This document shows, piece after piece, positions 19,589 through 30,361 of a stretch of DNA of 50,596 bases. A model generated the notes under the pieces. The model was given only the letters and a program-made list of their open reading frames with translations, was not told where the DNA came from and did not search any database. The DNA lies in the IMG/VR virus record IMGVR_UViG_3300005663_000063, positions 1 through 50,596 of that record. One strand, given 5' to 3'. Made by a program: the position numbers and the translations under genes. How positions within the stretch are numbered: position 1 is the stretch's first letter; the number at the start of each line of letters is the position of its first letter. Source of the DNA: a virus (Duplodnaviria > Caudoviricetes).

Positions 19589-19694
19589 GTTTTACCATAT
19601 TATAGGTCTTACACTTCTGGCAAACCCACTCAATTATGCCAAATTCAACCTCAGCAACCTTCTTCCCACATTTCTTGCATCGCAAATCTATCAT
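19575..19694 (-). CDS. Mu Com-like zinc-finger protein (39 aa, not in the ORF track)
   Basis: Translated by hand: [39 protein letters not shown]. Confidence 0.7.
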   Translation of the reverse strand: MIDLRCKKCGKKVAEVEFGIIEWVCQKCKTYNMVKLDKS

Positions 19695-19825
19695 TTCTTT
19701 TTTCGTGACTTCCCCGCCTTTGAAAAAGCTATGGCTACTGCCTGCTTCTGTGGTTTTCCAGCGTGCATCTCCCTGCGTATATTCTCAGAGATAACCTTCT
19801 TTGAACCCCCCTTTTTAAGTGGCAT
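19691..19825 (-). CDS. Small basic phage protein (44 aa, not in the ORF track)
   Basis: [44 protein letters not shown]; AGGAG RBS; ATGA-coupled to the Com-like gene. Confidence 0.75.
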   Translation of the reverse strand: MPLKKGGSKKVISENIRREMHAGKPQKQAVAIAFSKAGKSRKKK

Positions 19826-19833
19826 AATTTCTC

Positions 19834-22800
19834 CTAAAAACGATAGAACATATTTAGAGCATTGGCTATATCTTGATTGGTTGCCTTCATCTGTCTCTTT
19901 CTGAGTGCAATCATCTTTCTAGCGAAAACTATCTGGGGATACCTAAATAACTGCAAATCCGCCCCCCGTGGATCGGTTCTTGCTAAAATCTCAATCTGTT
20001 CTGATATTTCCTTAAATCCTTGAGGAAGGTTCGCCCATATCTGGTTTTCTATTTGCCAGTATGGTTGAAGGATTTGTTGTGCCTGTCTTAGTAACTTAAC
20101 CGAGGGCGGTTCGTCTGCCCGCCTTTCTCCAATAACCTGCTCTACAGAATTAAGAGCATCCAAGCCATACATCTGAATAAACATCTGCCTACGCCTATCA
20201 GCTTCAGTGAAATTATATTCTCCGAATTCGGTAAACATATCAGAGGCATACATCAACTCGTTATAATCACGGTATAGTAACTTCTGGGGTTCCATCTGGG
20301 CACGTGCCTCTGGGGATAACTCTCTGCCGAATGAGTCCCTTACAATGGCAAATTCATCCTTCTTTAGTATATCCCTCATCATCTGACTCTTCATCCAGTA
20401 TGCCTGATTAACACGGTCTCTTAGTTGCGACCCATCACGAGTAGCAACAAATTGTCTATCGGCTTGGTTTAGTTCGTTAGTGACCATATTACCTATACGG
20501 TCTACTTCCCTACCATATTTATTCCATTCAAGTTGGTCTCCACGTGCAAACTTGGCAGACTCTAATTCCGCTTTGTCTTCTAAATCTTTTAGTTCTTGGG
20601 TTTGAGATAACCTAATCTGCTCTGTAAATCCATTGGGCTGTTGCCCTAACTCATCCCATGACACACCGAATTGCTGTCGGGCTAGTTCGTCTTGTTTATC
20701 TTTCAAGTCGGCAAATGCCCCTGCTGGATATGCCCTTAATCCCCCAAACTCTGCCAAACCTCTAGTTACCCTTTCATTCAACTCCCCGCCTTCAAAGGCA
20801 ACACTTTGAACCCAAATGGGGAGAAGGTTGTTTCCTATTACTGTTTCTGTCAAACTGAGTAGCCCATCCCTCGTTGGGTCTCCTAAGAAGTCCTTACCTG
20901 TGATTAAATCTATACTCGTTCCCAAGAACGGGGAGAAGTTCCCCTTTAGAAATCTACCAGCATGAAACGCTGCGTCCTCTGGGTTTTTTGTAATCTTACC
21001 GAAAGTAGCTAGTAGACTTCTAACCTTTGAACCTGGACCAATCCGCTGTCCCGCTATATCCCATGTCATAAAATTAGATGAACGGGGATTGAGATGGTCT
21101 ATGATTTCTTCTTGACTTTCTCCCATAGCATAAGACACAGCCACTGTCATTGCCATTATAGCAGTAACACCCTTAGCCATATGCTCCCTTGCCAACTGAC
21201 CCCTGAGATTACCCTGTCCTATATCCCACAGTAAAGCACCAACAGCACGATTATACTGGGGAGCTAATACAATGGTTCTTTCTATCTGCCTTTGCCCGCT
21301 ACTAATCCCTATCCTTGTTGTACTAAGCAAGCCCCTGAACTCATTAATGAAAGCATCTACTTGGGCTGTACGCATTGGGGTGGTCGCTAGATGGTCTAAT
21401 GATTCTGCCATATAAATCCCCGCAGTATCCAATGCCCCCTCAAAACCCCTTTGAAACGGCTCTAATGCTTTACCGAATAACTTAAATGGTTGTTTTCTTA
21501 AAAGACCCCCCCTAGCCATTGCCTCAGTCATTTCAGTTGAACCACCACGGGTGATTACCATCCCTCGATGCTTCTGTATCGTTCCTAAATGTTTGCTTAT
21601 AAGATTATCGTGATAGAGAGGGTCAAACATCGCCTTAACAAATCCACCCACAGCCCTACCGAATATCCTGGGTTGAGAACCTGCAAAGAATATAAGTTGA
21701 ATAGAAAATGGACTGGCATCACCAGCCAGTGCAAAATATCTGCCAACGGCATTAACTTGGTTTATTGCCGAGAGTGCCTGATTGGATTGGGGATTCAGTT
21801 CCTTTCTAATAATGTTGATATACTCTTTGGCTTCAGGGCTGGTAAAAACTTTCCCCGCAAACGCAGGAATGTCTGGAGCCTGAACTTCACCAAACCTAGT
21901 AACTCTAGCTTTCCCCTTTAGTGTCTCGTGAGGGACTAGCTTCAAGAACCACTCACTAAACTGCTTATTTGCTACTCGGTTATAGGCATTCACTATATTA
22001 TGATAAAGAGCTTCTTCTTCTGGTAAGTATCTAAATTTATCTTTGATAGCATCTTCAATGTTGGCATAACTCCTCACCTTTTCTTGTGCGGATTTTGCAC
22101 CAACCCTTGTTGGCTGCCTAGCACCAACATAAGCTACATCTACTAATTCATTTCCCTCAAATCTACCAACAACTCTGCGACCAGCATATATTCCACCCTC
22201 TTCAAAGGTCAGGTCAGAGATTTTAATACCAGCCCTCTTGAATAACTCTCTTTTTTCACCTTCTAATAGTTGAGCTTGTGTTATCCATTCTTTTTGGCGG
22301 GTAGTGAGTTGGGTTTCGTATCTCTTGGGGAAGGTTCTAACTGTATTGATATGAACATCCTTTCCACCTATCCTCATAAACCCATCATTAGTAAGGTTGA
22401 ATACTGTCTTAGAACTTCCCATACGGTTCAATGTTGCAACAGAAGCCAATGCCTTGTTAGCACCCTCAAACCTTAGAACATTTCTACCTGTCAAAGCTAA
22501 TAACGCAGGGTTATCAGCCACCGCAGCCATACCGCCAACTATCTCAGCAATACCCCTTAGTGGTTGTTTTCCACCTATAGTTTTCCCTAAAACTTTTATC
22601 GAAGGAGTAGTAATATTAACCAACTTACGTAACTTAGTTGGGTCGGCAGCAATACTTATAGCTTCACCGATAGGTTGTAAGTCAGGTACAAGACGAACAG
22701 ATGTGTCTACTACTTTCTTGGCTATCCCTTTTGCTGCTTTTGCCAATGGTTTAGTAACAGGAGCTAATATCTTACCCGCTACCTTAAATGGGGCGGCGGC

Positions 22801-23400
22801 AGCAACCGCCTCAGCAGTCCTTATAGGCTTTAGTACCCTCAATCCTGCCTGTGCGGCTCTAGTTATTCCAGTTGCCCCCACTCTAGCACCCAAAACACCA
22901 GCAGCACTCAATCCACCAGTGGCTATTGCGGTAGCAAACCAAGGTACTGTCTCTATCGCACCCTTAATACCAATAGTCCACGGTCTCTCCCTTTCTTCCT
23001 TAGATGTCCAAGGAAGTCTGAATAATGGGTCTACTTGAAAACTGGGTTCATCCCAAGCCTTATATTCAAGTTTCTCTCTTTCAAAAAATGACAAACCTTC
23101 TGTGCCTGGAACAGAGGGAGTAAATGGGGCAGTAACCAATGCACCGAACCCTGTTTCAACGCCTCTTATAAAGTTTAAGGGGTGTTGCCACCAAGGAATC
23201 TGTTGAGGGGCTTCCTGCCCTATCTGGGGTTGTCTGGTGGTAGGTTGTGGTGTAATCCCTTGAGGGAATATATCGGATAGTTCAGGCATAGAGACAATAC
23301 GGGCATAAGTCGGGTCTCCAGCCCTTGCCCTTTCAAAAGCCTGTTGCTTGAATATACGGAGAGCTCCAGGGCTTAATGCCCTGATTCGTTCTTGTACCAT
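19834..23400 (-). CDS. Large internal virion / ejection protein
   Basis: 1188 aa, helical; C-terminal '[18 protein letters not shown]' resembles the large polyvalent/internal protein domains of podoviruses. Confidence 0.6.
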   Translation of the reverse strand: MVQERIRALSPGALRIFKQQAFERARAGDPTYARIVSMPELSDIFPQGITPQPTTRQPQIGQEAPQQIPWWQHPLNFIRGVETGFGALVTAPFTPSVPGTEGLSFFEREKLEYKAWDEPSFQVDPLFRLPWTSKEERERPWTIGIKGAIETVPWFATAIATGGLSAAGVLGARVGATGITRAAQAGLRVLKPIRTAEAVAAAAPFKVAGKILAPVTKPLAKAAKGIAKKVVDTSVRLVPDLQPIGEAISIAADPTKLRKLVNITTPSIKVLGKTIGGKQPLRGIAEIVGGMAAVADNPALLALTGRNVLRFEGANKALASVATLNRMGSSKTVFNLTNDGFMRIGGKDVHINTVRTFPKRYETQLTTRQKEWITQAQLLEGEKRELFKRAGIKISDLTFEEGGIYAGRRVVGRFEGNELVDVAYVGARQPTRVGAKSAQEKVRSYANIEDAIKDKFRYLPEEEALYHNIVNAYNRVANKQFSEWFLKLVPHETLKGKARVTRFGEVQAPDIPAFAGKVFTSPEAKEYINIIRKELNPQSNQALSAINQVNAVGRYFALAGDASPFSIQLIFFAGSQPRIFGRAVGGFVKAMFDPLYHDNLISKHLGTIQKHRGMVITRGGSTEMTEAMARGGLLRKQPFKLFGKALEPFQRGFEGALDTAGIYMAESLDHLATTPMRTAQVDAFINEFRGLLSTTRIGISSGQRQIERTIVLAPQYNRAVGALLWDIGQGNLRGQLAREHMAKGVTAIMAMTVAVSYAMGESQEEIIDHLNPRSSNFMTWDIAGQRIGPGSKVRSLLATFGKITKNPEDAAFHAGRFLKGNFSPFLGTSIDLITGKDFLGDPTRDGLLSLTETVIGNNLLPIWVQSVAFEGGELNERVTRGLAEFGGLRAYPAGAFADLKDKQDELARQQFGVSWDELGQQPNGFTEQIRLSQTQELKDLEDKAELESAKFARGDQLEWNKYGREVDRIGNMVTNELNQADRQFVATRDGSQLRDRVNQAYWMKSQMMRDILKKDEFAIVRDSFGRELSPEARAQMEPQKLLYRDYNELMYASDMFTEFGEYNFTEADRRRQMFIQMYGLDALNSVEQVIGERRADEPPSVKLLRQAQQILQPYWQIENQIWANLPQGFKEISEQIEILARTDPRGADLQLFRYPQIVFARKMIALRKRQMKATNQDIANALNMFYRF

Positions 23401-23403
23401 TTA

Positions 23404-24471
23404 CTACCTCAAAAAGCGGAGTCCTGGGTTTCTACCGCCAGGGGCTGCGCCTATCCTTTGTTGAAAAGCAGTTTGCTGTGGGGTTGCCCCTGTCCTGGCT
23501 TGACGGAAACCTGCGAATTGAGCCTGTACATCTGGCCCTTGCCTTGATAGAAACTGAGCAGATGGATTAGTTAATTGAGGTAGATTTTCAAATGATGCAC
23601 CTTGCCCACCAAAGCCAGGTAAAGGTTGCCCTGCTGTTAAATCATCGCCTCCAGCAAGACCCAACTGTTCCATCCATGGCTGAACGCCAGGGTCTTGTCC
23701 AGTAAAAGAGGCTAATTCAAGCCAACTTACTGGCCCCCTTGCTGCCAGACCTGCTATATGTTGTAATCTCTGATTCTCTGCGTTCTGTTGGGATTGTTGT
23801 TGCATAAAATCAAGTTGTTGCTGTTCAAATTCTGAAACGAAACCAGGCTCTCGTGTTGGGTCAATTCTCTCTAATCCCCAACCATCACCCACTTGGACTG
23901 CTCTGAATCCTTCTGGTGCAGCAGCATCCGCTTCTTTGAATGTCTTATAGATATTACCCGCCGCTCTTTGTCTAGTAGGGACACGCTTAATAGTAAAAAA
24001 CCCAAACTCATCCCTATCTACAACCCATCCCTCTGGAGCAGCAGCACTAGCCTCTTCAAATGTTCTGAACTGTAATGGTAGTAAATCACCATCCCCATCA
24101 TCAGGAGTGGGTTCGTCAATATCTCTCTGAATACCCAATGCCCCTATTCTATCAGCGACTGGTATCTGGGATGGATCAGGGGGAGGTGCCGTAGTTACCC
24201 CAGCAGGGACTCCACCAGTCCTTGCCAGTATATCGGTAGCACGAGGTGTAAGGGCAGTAGCACCTGGAGGGATGTCAGGCGCTTTCCTGAAGGCATTAAA
24301 TCCCTTCCCACCACCTTGGTCTTGATAAAATTTCCAAACAGCGTGTACTGCGCCAGTATTGGAAATAGCCCCTACGGCCTTTCGGGCTATAGCAGGACCG
24401 CCTGGTATGTCACGCATCCACGGGTGCTTAGTATAAACATCCTCTACTGACCTAAATGTTTCGTTAGCCAT
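23404..24471 (-). CDS. Probable internal virion / ejection protein
   Basis: Gln/Gly/Pro-rich, with an internal repeat (FRTFEEASAAAPEGW / YKTFKEADAAAPEGF); lies between the portal and the large internal protein. Confidence 0.5.
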   Translation of the reverse strand: MANETFRSVEDVYTKHPWMRDIPGGPAIARKAVGAISNTGAVHAVWKFYQDQGGGKGFNAFRKAPDIPPGATALTPRATDILARTGGVPAGVTTAPPPDPSQIPVADRIGALGIQRDIDEPTPDDGDGDLLPLQFRTFEEASAAAPEGWVVDRDEFGFFTIKRVPTRQRAAGNIYKTFKEADAAAPEGFRAVQVGDGWGLERIDPTREPGFVSEFEQQQLDFMQQQSQQNAENQRLQHIAGLAARGPVSWLELASFTGQDPGVQPWMEQLGLAGGDDLTAGQPLPGFGGQGASFENLPQLTNPSAQFLSRQGPDVQAQFAGFRQARTGATPQQTAFQQRIGAAPGGRNPGLRFLR

Positions 24472-24650
24472 TATAATTCCTCCTCTAGTCTGTGCATTTC
24501 TGCTATTTCTCTATTAGCTATCTTTTTTTCCCGTTCAGCACGGAATTTAATCAATGGTAAAATAGTCTCTTCTACAAGTTCTTTTAGAGCTTCTATATCA
24601 CCCTCCCCAAGTATCTCCTGCATTATATTTAGTACGTTTTCCTTAGCCAC
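24471..24650 (-). CDS. Small hypothetical protein (59 aa, GTG start, not in the ORF track)
   Basis: Fills the portal-to-next-gene gap; GGAG RBS; TAATG coupling. Confidence 0.6.
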   Translation of the reverse strand: MAKENVLNIMQEILGEGDIEALKELVEETILPLIKFRAEREKKIANREIAEMHRLEEEL

Positions 24651-26364
24651 GATTTACAACTCCAAACTGAGAATTACCACCCCCACCTTGACCTTGCCCC
24701 GGGGGTTTGGGTATATCAGGTACTAATGGTCTACCTTGACCAGTTGTTTTTTCTCCTGATGGTAGGGGTTGTCCTGCAAGTGGGTCAACTGCTGGAAGCC
24801 CAGCTTCCGCTAAGGCTTGATTAACCAATGGTATGAAGTGTTGTAAGAGAGTCCCCAGATATGCCTCTGAGCTCCTAAGCATTTCCTTTAGCTCCTGCTT
24901 TTCTAAAGCCTTCACATCCACATCGGATAACTTACTTCTAGCGTGCTGTTTGGTGTAAAGACCCGAATTAAACATCTCCATTAAGTCCTGATGCCTGCGA
25001 TACTCATCTTCTTCTGAGATAGGAGAGAACTCAACATAGAAGTTAAACGGTTCTCTAAAATCCTTCTTGTTCACAGAAACATCGAAATCCATAGATGAAC
25101 TCTTTGCCCATATAGAGAAGTCACCAGGAATTACATCCTTCACTAATTTGGCACACTTAGCAAGAATCTGTGCCCATCCATTGCCAAAGGCATCTTTTGA
25201 GTAATTTAGTTTAGACTGCGCTTCAGCTAACACCAATCTCCTGTCAGCACCCGATCTCACACCTGTCTCCCCTAGACCAAACATTGACTTCGGGGCAGAG
25301 TGAATATCAATCAAATCCGTAATAAAGGCTAAATGAGCATAGGCTTCTCTGGGAGCAAGATTTCTTTCCCACCTGTTAAATTTAATATCCTTATTGGGAT
25401 ATGCTGTCCATTTTCCATAGGCTTGTGATATTTTACCCACAGTTCCCGCATCAGCCCCAGTAATATATCCACCAATCATTGTCTCCAGTTTAGTTAAAAT
25501 GTCAGCCATTGAATAGATAGACGACTGCGAAACTAAGAGCCCCTTCATATATCTTAAAATGCCAACATATCTCTTAACAAGACTATTATCAACATCGACA
25601 TTTCCCAACCCTGACTCAATGGCAGTATAAGGGAGAAAGCCATACTTATGAGCAACCACTCCACGCCCCACAGTCCACACGGGTTCTCTCTCTATTAAGA
25701 TACACCGATACTTATCATCCCAATACTCTATCTGCTCTACTTCTACATCACCCTCCATATTCTCTAGCCTTGCACCGACCATTGAATTTTTCTTATACCA
25801 CGGCATACGCTTGGCATCATAGACAAGTTTCTTCCTGACCTCGAAGATATAATCCCTTCCATTGTGATAGGGGTCTGGTATAATGTTTGAGGGATTAATT
25901 GCTTGTAAGATAATCGGGAGGGATGTGCCGCCATCCTTATCCCAAACATCCCTATCAAAGACAGTCTTAATCCACGATATCCCGTGAAGCCAGAAATGTT
26001 TGGCACTTACCCTTAAGGGTGAAATATCGGATTCCACATTAGTCCTATGTATAAGACCCTGCCCAAACTTCTCAAGCATTTCCAATCTATTAAGTTCAGC
26101 CCCACTGTGCCTTCTTTTGTTCACAGTAATCCTAGCATTAGATATATCGGTATGGTCAACTAGAGCATCTAACCTGTCCCTCGCTGTTGGTAAAACAGTA
26201 GCATCTTTCTTGAATTCAGTGGGGATATTCAAGTCAGCCAAAAAGTCAAGTTCATAAAACCTGTTATCCTCTATAAAGGCTTCTTGAAGTTTTGATGCTT
26301 TATATGTTTTCAGACTCTTATCATAGACTTCCAGTATTTGTTCCCAAGTTGGTTTATCTGCCAT
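24643..26364 (-). CDS. Portal protein
   Basis: About 570 aa downstream of TerL; 'INPSNIIPDP', 'HKYGFLPY', Pro/Gly-rich tail; GGAG RBS before MADKP. Confidence 0.8.
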   Translation of the reverse strand: MADKPTWEQILEVYDKSLKTYKASKLQEAFIEDNRFYELDFLADLNIPTEFKKDATVLPTARDRLDALVDHTDISNARITVNKRRHSGAELNRLEMLEKFGQGLIHRTNVESDISPLRVSAKHFWLHGISWIKTVFDRDVWDKDGGTSLPIILQAINPSNIIPDPYHNGRDYIFEVRKKLVYDAKRMPWYKKNSMVGARLENMEGDVEVEQIEYWDDKYRCILIEREPVWTVGRGVVAHKYGFLPYTAIESGLGNVDVDNSLVKRYVGILRYMKGLLVSQSSIYSMADILTKLETMIGGYITGADAGTVGKISQAYGKWTAYPNKDIKFNRWERNLAPREAYAHLAFITDLIDIHSAPKSMFGLGETGVRSGADRRLVLAEAQSKLNYSKDAFGNGWAQILAKCAKLVKDVIPGDFSIWAKSSSMDFDVSVNKKDFREPFNFYVEFSPISEEDEYRRHQDLMEMFNSGLYTKQHARSKLSDVDVKALEKQELKEMLRSSEAYLGTLLQHFIPLVNQALAEAGLPAVDPLAGQPLPSGEKTTGQGRPLVPDIPKPPGQGQGGGGNSQFGVVNRG

Positions 26365-26629
26365 TTTGTTCTCCATTCATCCTTAAAAGAAATGTGCTTT
26401 TTATCATCCTAGCCAGACATTCAACACCACCCCTGTTGAGTTTAGAAAGAACTATAGGTGTAATTGCGGTATCTATACCCATCACACCATCAGTGTCCTC
26501 CTTGTATGTATAAATATGCCAAGATGGACAATCCTCCTTGTCCACCTTGTTTTCTTTCCACACACTAGCAACACTATCAAAGAATGGTTCAGCCCTTAAT
26601 ATATCAGTCACCCCACTAATATTTTTCAT
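26354..26629 (-). CDS. Hypothetical protein
   Basis: AGGAGTG RBS; overlaps the portal start. Confidence 0.6.
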   Translation of the reverse strand: MKNISGVTDILRAEPFFDSVASVWKENKVDKEDCPSWHIYTYKEDTDGVMGIDTAITPIVLSKLNRGGVECLARMIKSTFLLRMNGEQNGR

Positions 26630-26643
26630 TATTTCACTCCTAC

Positions 26644-26931
26644 CTAACTATATTGAAACACGTGCCCACATAAACCACAACGGTCTTCTTCATAATAATG
26701 ATACGAGCCAGTAACATTCTTTAGCGGATGTACCTCTCCGCAATCAGGTATAGAATGATGTCCCCCAGAACATAAATCACCCTTTATATAACTATGGAAG
26801 GTATTTACTGCTTTACAGTTGGGACATCTTCTCTCAAACTCTTTCGCCTCAGTGAGTGTAAATGGGCGGTCACAAACAGGACATAACCTCTCGCCGCCAC
26901 ATTTTAAACAAAACCCATCATCATCTCCCAT
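26644..26931 (-). CDS. Multi-CxxC zinc-ribbon protein
   Basis: CLKC, CPVC, CPNC, CGLC; TAATG-coupled to the rSAM stop. Confidence 0.7.
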   Translation of the reverse strand: MGDDDGFCLKCGGERLCPVCDRPFTLTEAKEFERRCPNCKAVNTFHSYIKGDLCSGGHHSIPDCGEVHPLKNVTGSYHYYEEDRCGLCGHVFQYS

Positions 26932-28316
26932 TATTTCACTCCCACCATATCGCAAGCATTCCTGCGTGTTTCCTTCCGAATTTCGTCAAGTTCTTCCAGC
27001 GTTACTTCCATCATTTCCGCAGTTCGCTTTCTCTTCTCTGGATTGGTGAAGTTAATTCTGTCCCACTCATAAGCCCTTAGAATAGTCAAGTCTTCAGGGG
27101 TGAACTCTCTAGTTCTTATATTCCCCTTACTCCATACGAAATGCCCATTCCCGCCAAAGGCGTTTTCCTGCTCACACAAGTCCCATAACCTTGTATGGGG
27201 TAAAGGAACAGCGTGGAACAATTTGATATAATCCACATCTATTTCTTCGGCGAATTCAATGGTCTGCCTGATTTCCTCCCATGTCTCGGTGGGAAAACCC
27301 ACTATAAAGTTAGCCACAATATAAATCCCCGCTTCCTTAATCGCCTTAATCATCTCTCTGGCATGCTGGAAATTGACAGGCTTCTTTATAATCTCTTTCA
27401 AAACCCTGTCTGTGCCCGATTCTATAGCAACGGCTAAATACTGGCAACCACTTGCCTTCATTAACCCCACTAACTCCTTATCCATCTTGAAAACGGCCAC
27501 CGCCAGTGAACTCCACGGCATAACCAAGTCTCTGTCAATCATCCCTTGGAAAAGCTCCTTGGCACGATCCATATCATACAAAAGGTTATCATCATCAAAG
27601 ATAATGGACTTAATACCATACCTTTCCTTTAGCCATTGCATTTCATCCAATACCTTAGAAACACTGCGTGGTCTAAACTTCGCACCCATTATTGTCTCCA
27701 CCTGACAGAAGGCACAGCCAAACGGACACCCCCTGGAAGCCATTATTCTGGCAAAGGGTAGTGGTCTGGGTGTATCCACGCTTTTCCTTGGAGCACTGTT
27801 AATGTATTTCTTGTAACCTATCAAGTCATAGGCAGGTAATGGAATGTCATCAAGATTCTTAATCCGCCCACCAACTAAATGCTCTTGCTTCAACCATTCA
27901 CCCCTTTCGTAAAGACCAAGCAGATAGGGAAGCATTTCCTCGCCCTCTCCCTCAATCACGCAATCTATATTACAATCCTCAAGCACCTTCTCTGGGTTGG
28001 TTGTAGCATAGACACCACCCATTACAGTCTTGATTTTTCTACTAACCTTCTTAGTGAGTTCGGCAACTTTATGTGCACTGGGGGCATACTGGTCAAACAA
28101 CATCGTAATTCCCACAATGTCAGGTTCTAATTTCCTTAGCTTGCGAGAGAACTCCTTTTCAGTCATATCATCTTTATAAGCATCAATTATAGACACATCC
28201 ACCCTATCCCTGATGACACTTGCCAGTAGGCACAGATTATAGGGTATATAGTGCCACAAGGTGTTTTTATCTGTTTCACACCATCTAAAGTTAGGAACTA
28301 CGAGTGCTACTTTCAC
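26931..28316 (-). CDS. B12-binding radical SAM protein (class B methyltransferase-like)
   Basis: N-terminal B12 domain (PDIVGIT, VMGGVYAT, GEGE), SRGCPFGCAFC, DDN, IESG, GFPTET. Confidence 0.93.
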   Translation of the reverse strand: MKVALVVPNFRWCETDKNTLWHYIPYNLCLLASVIRDRVDVSIIDAYKDDMTEKEFSRKLRKLEPDIVGITMLFDQYAPSAHKVAELTKKVSRKIKTVMGGVYATTNPEKVLEDCNIDCVIEGEGEEMLPYLLGLYERGEWLKQEHLVGGRIKNLDDIPLPAYDLIGYKKYINSAPRKSVDTPRPLPFARIMASRGCPFGCAFCQVETIMGAKFRPRSVSKVLDEMQWLKERYGIKSIIFDDDNLLYDMDRAKELFQGMIDRDLVMPWSSLAVAVFKMDKELVGLMKASGCQYLAVAIESGTDRVLKEIIKKPVNFQHAREMIKAIKEAGIYIVANFIVGFPTETWEEIRQTIEFAEEIDVDYIKLFHAVPLPHTRLWDLCEQENAFGGNGHFVWSKGNIRTREFTPEDLTILRAYEWDRINFTNPEKRKRTAEMMEVTLEELDEIRKETRRNACDMVGVK

Positions 28317-28693
28317 CTACTTTTCATCCACGTGCAGTCCTGGACCGAGGGAAAAATTGAAGGGCTTTTTATCATCAATATCTTCCCACCGTATCAACTC
28401 AGGCAAGTATTTCCGTATCTTCCCCATAGCCCCACCTTCTACTCCAAGAGGAGGATAGCCTGCCTGTCTATTACCACAATGAGCACAGGCACGGACAGAA
28501 CACTCAAAATCCGACCTCACGTGGTCGCCAAGGGTGGACATCACCATTCTATAACAATGCCCACCAAGAGCCAAACACTCTTCTGGCTTCAATTTATAAT
28601 CCTCTTTTAATAGAGAATATCTACCTGAATCTGTCCCCCAAGAATATTCATTTTCCTTTATCTCCCACGGATATGCAGGTGGCTCACCTTTCA
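28317..28693 (-). CDS. Cys/His-rich hypothetical protein, paralog of 28..315
   Basis: ECLALGGHCY and RACAHCGNRQAGY; AAGGGGG RBS before MKGEP. Confidence 0.65.
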
Positions 28694-28696
28694 TTC

Positions 28697-30361
28697 TTAC
28701 CCCCTTGCTAATTCTTTTTCCCAATGTTCCCTTTCGGCTTTTAATTCCAGTACCCGCTCCATTATCTTAGACTTTTCATCGCTTTCCTCTTCAAAGTGAA
28801 CACTATCAATGCCTTCAACCTCTTCCAAGCCAAAGGATACGGTTTTTCTCATTAAGTTAGCTATTCCTACGGCTATGGGATAATCGTCATGTCCTGAAGG
28901 GCGAGCTTCTATCCTACCCTTTTTATCAGCGTTTTTTATCACAGACCCGAAGTGCTGTATGCCTAAAGGATTGAATAGAGTAATCTGGAAATTATTGATA
29001 GCAGGGATTAAGGCGGAGAATAAGTCCATTCTTGTCTTTTCGTCAGTTATAAAACCAGGCTTCTCTCTCTTAGCATCCCGATAGCCTAGATTCCTATAGT
29101 TGTTACTTTGGGCTATACCAACGACCCTTCTGCCGTATAAATTGTATTCAGGCCACCACTTCGGATTATTGAAAACATCTAATAGTTGAAGAGTCAGCAT
29201 AGCAAACATTTCCTCGTTAATCGTGTTGTCTAAAATATCAGCCACTACGACTCCCGTCCTGACATTCATAATCGCTGTTGCCTGATAATCCCGCCCAACT
29301 CCTAAAGAAATATCTGAACCCGCTATATAGAACTCTCCCAAGTGAAAGTCCCGATAGATATTTATGTAATTATAATCCAGTCCATCTTTTCCAACATGTA
29401 TAGTGGGTTGTTTTTCAGCTTCTTCGAGCATCTGCTTAAGAACATCCTTATTAAAGGCACTGACTGTCTGGGGAACAGATAGAGCCTCTTCTATGGAACG
29501 AGGATAGTTTTTAAGCATGTAAAGTTCGGGGGTAAGCCCACTTAACTCACCTTCGGGAATACTGTCCTTTACATCGCTGTACCACTTGTCGTCCCTGCCC
29601 TCCATCACACTATAAGGATAAAATAAGGGTGTCCAACCATTCTTCCCTTCTAATGCCCCTTCAAATAATTCGGTGGCAAGATTATCTTTATCCCAGGCGT
29701 TCTCTGTAAAACAGGAGATACACTGCCCTGCTTTATCAATTGTAGGTTTGGAATGGAGATAATTCTGTCTGGCGTATTCGTGTTCAGCATGTTCGTCCCA
29801 AACTATAATAGAAGCCGTAAAACCAATCCCAGCAGTCTCTGTGGAAGGTAATGCCCTGATAATACTCTGCATTACAGGAAAACTCATCTCTTCCCGACTA
29901 TCAAGACCTGCCTTCGGTCTTAAGAAAGCAGGTAACTGATTATAAATCCGCTTCGATTTATCCAGAAGTTCCCTTGCCTCTAACTGCCCTTTCGAATATA
30001 AAAGAACATTAGCCCCCTCATGAAAAATGGCATACCACAAAACATAAGTGGCAATCGTAGTGGAAAGTCCTATCTGACGAGCCTTTAAAACAGTCACAAA
30101 CCTCTTCTCAAGAAACTGTAAGAGGATTTGCTCAACATGATGAAACAACTGGAAGGGAATCAAGCCACCGCCAGAACTTGTAGGCGATGGAGCTTCTACT
30201 ATCTTACAATACCTCAAAAAGCGGAAGATGTTTTTCTGGCACAAAGTCCACTCATACTTAAGCATACCCCTGTCTTCAGGAGTATATGTCTCAATGGGCT
30301 TTAAGAGTATCTTATCTATCTTCTTATCGTGCTTTTGTAGAAAAGTCTCTACACCAGCCAT
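28697..30361 (-). CDS. terL: Terminase large subunit
   Basis: Walker A LKARQIGLST, Walker B IIVWDE, RNase H-like GSDISLG.G.D and HDD motifs. Confidence 0.93.
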   Translation of the reverse strand: MAGVETFLQKHDKKIDKILLKPIETYTPEDRGMLKYEWTLCQKNIFRFLRYCKIVEAPSPTSSGGGLIPFQLFHHVEQILLQFLEKRFVTVLKARQIGLSTTIATYVLWYAIFHEGANVLLYSKGQLEARELLDKSKRIYNQLPAFLRPKAGLDSREEMSFPVMQSIIRALPSTETAGIGFTASIIVWDEHAEHEYARQNYLHSKPTIDKAGQCISCFTENAWDKDNLATELFEGALEGKNGWTPLFYPYSVMEGRDDKWYSDVKDSIPEGELSGLTPELYMLKNYPRSIEEALSVPQTVSAFNKDVLKQMLEEAEKQPTIHVGKDGLDYNYINIYRDFHLGEFYIAGSDISLGVGRDYQATAIMNVRTGVVVADILDNTINEEMFAMLTLQLLDVFNNPKWWPEYNLYGRRVVGIAQSNNYRNLGYRDAKREKPGFITDEKTRMDLFSALIPAINNFQITLFNPLGIQHFGSVIKNADKKGRIEARPSGHDDYPIAVGIANLMRKTVSFGLEEVEGIDSVHFEEESDEKSKIMERVLELKAEREHWEKELARG

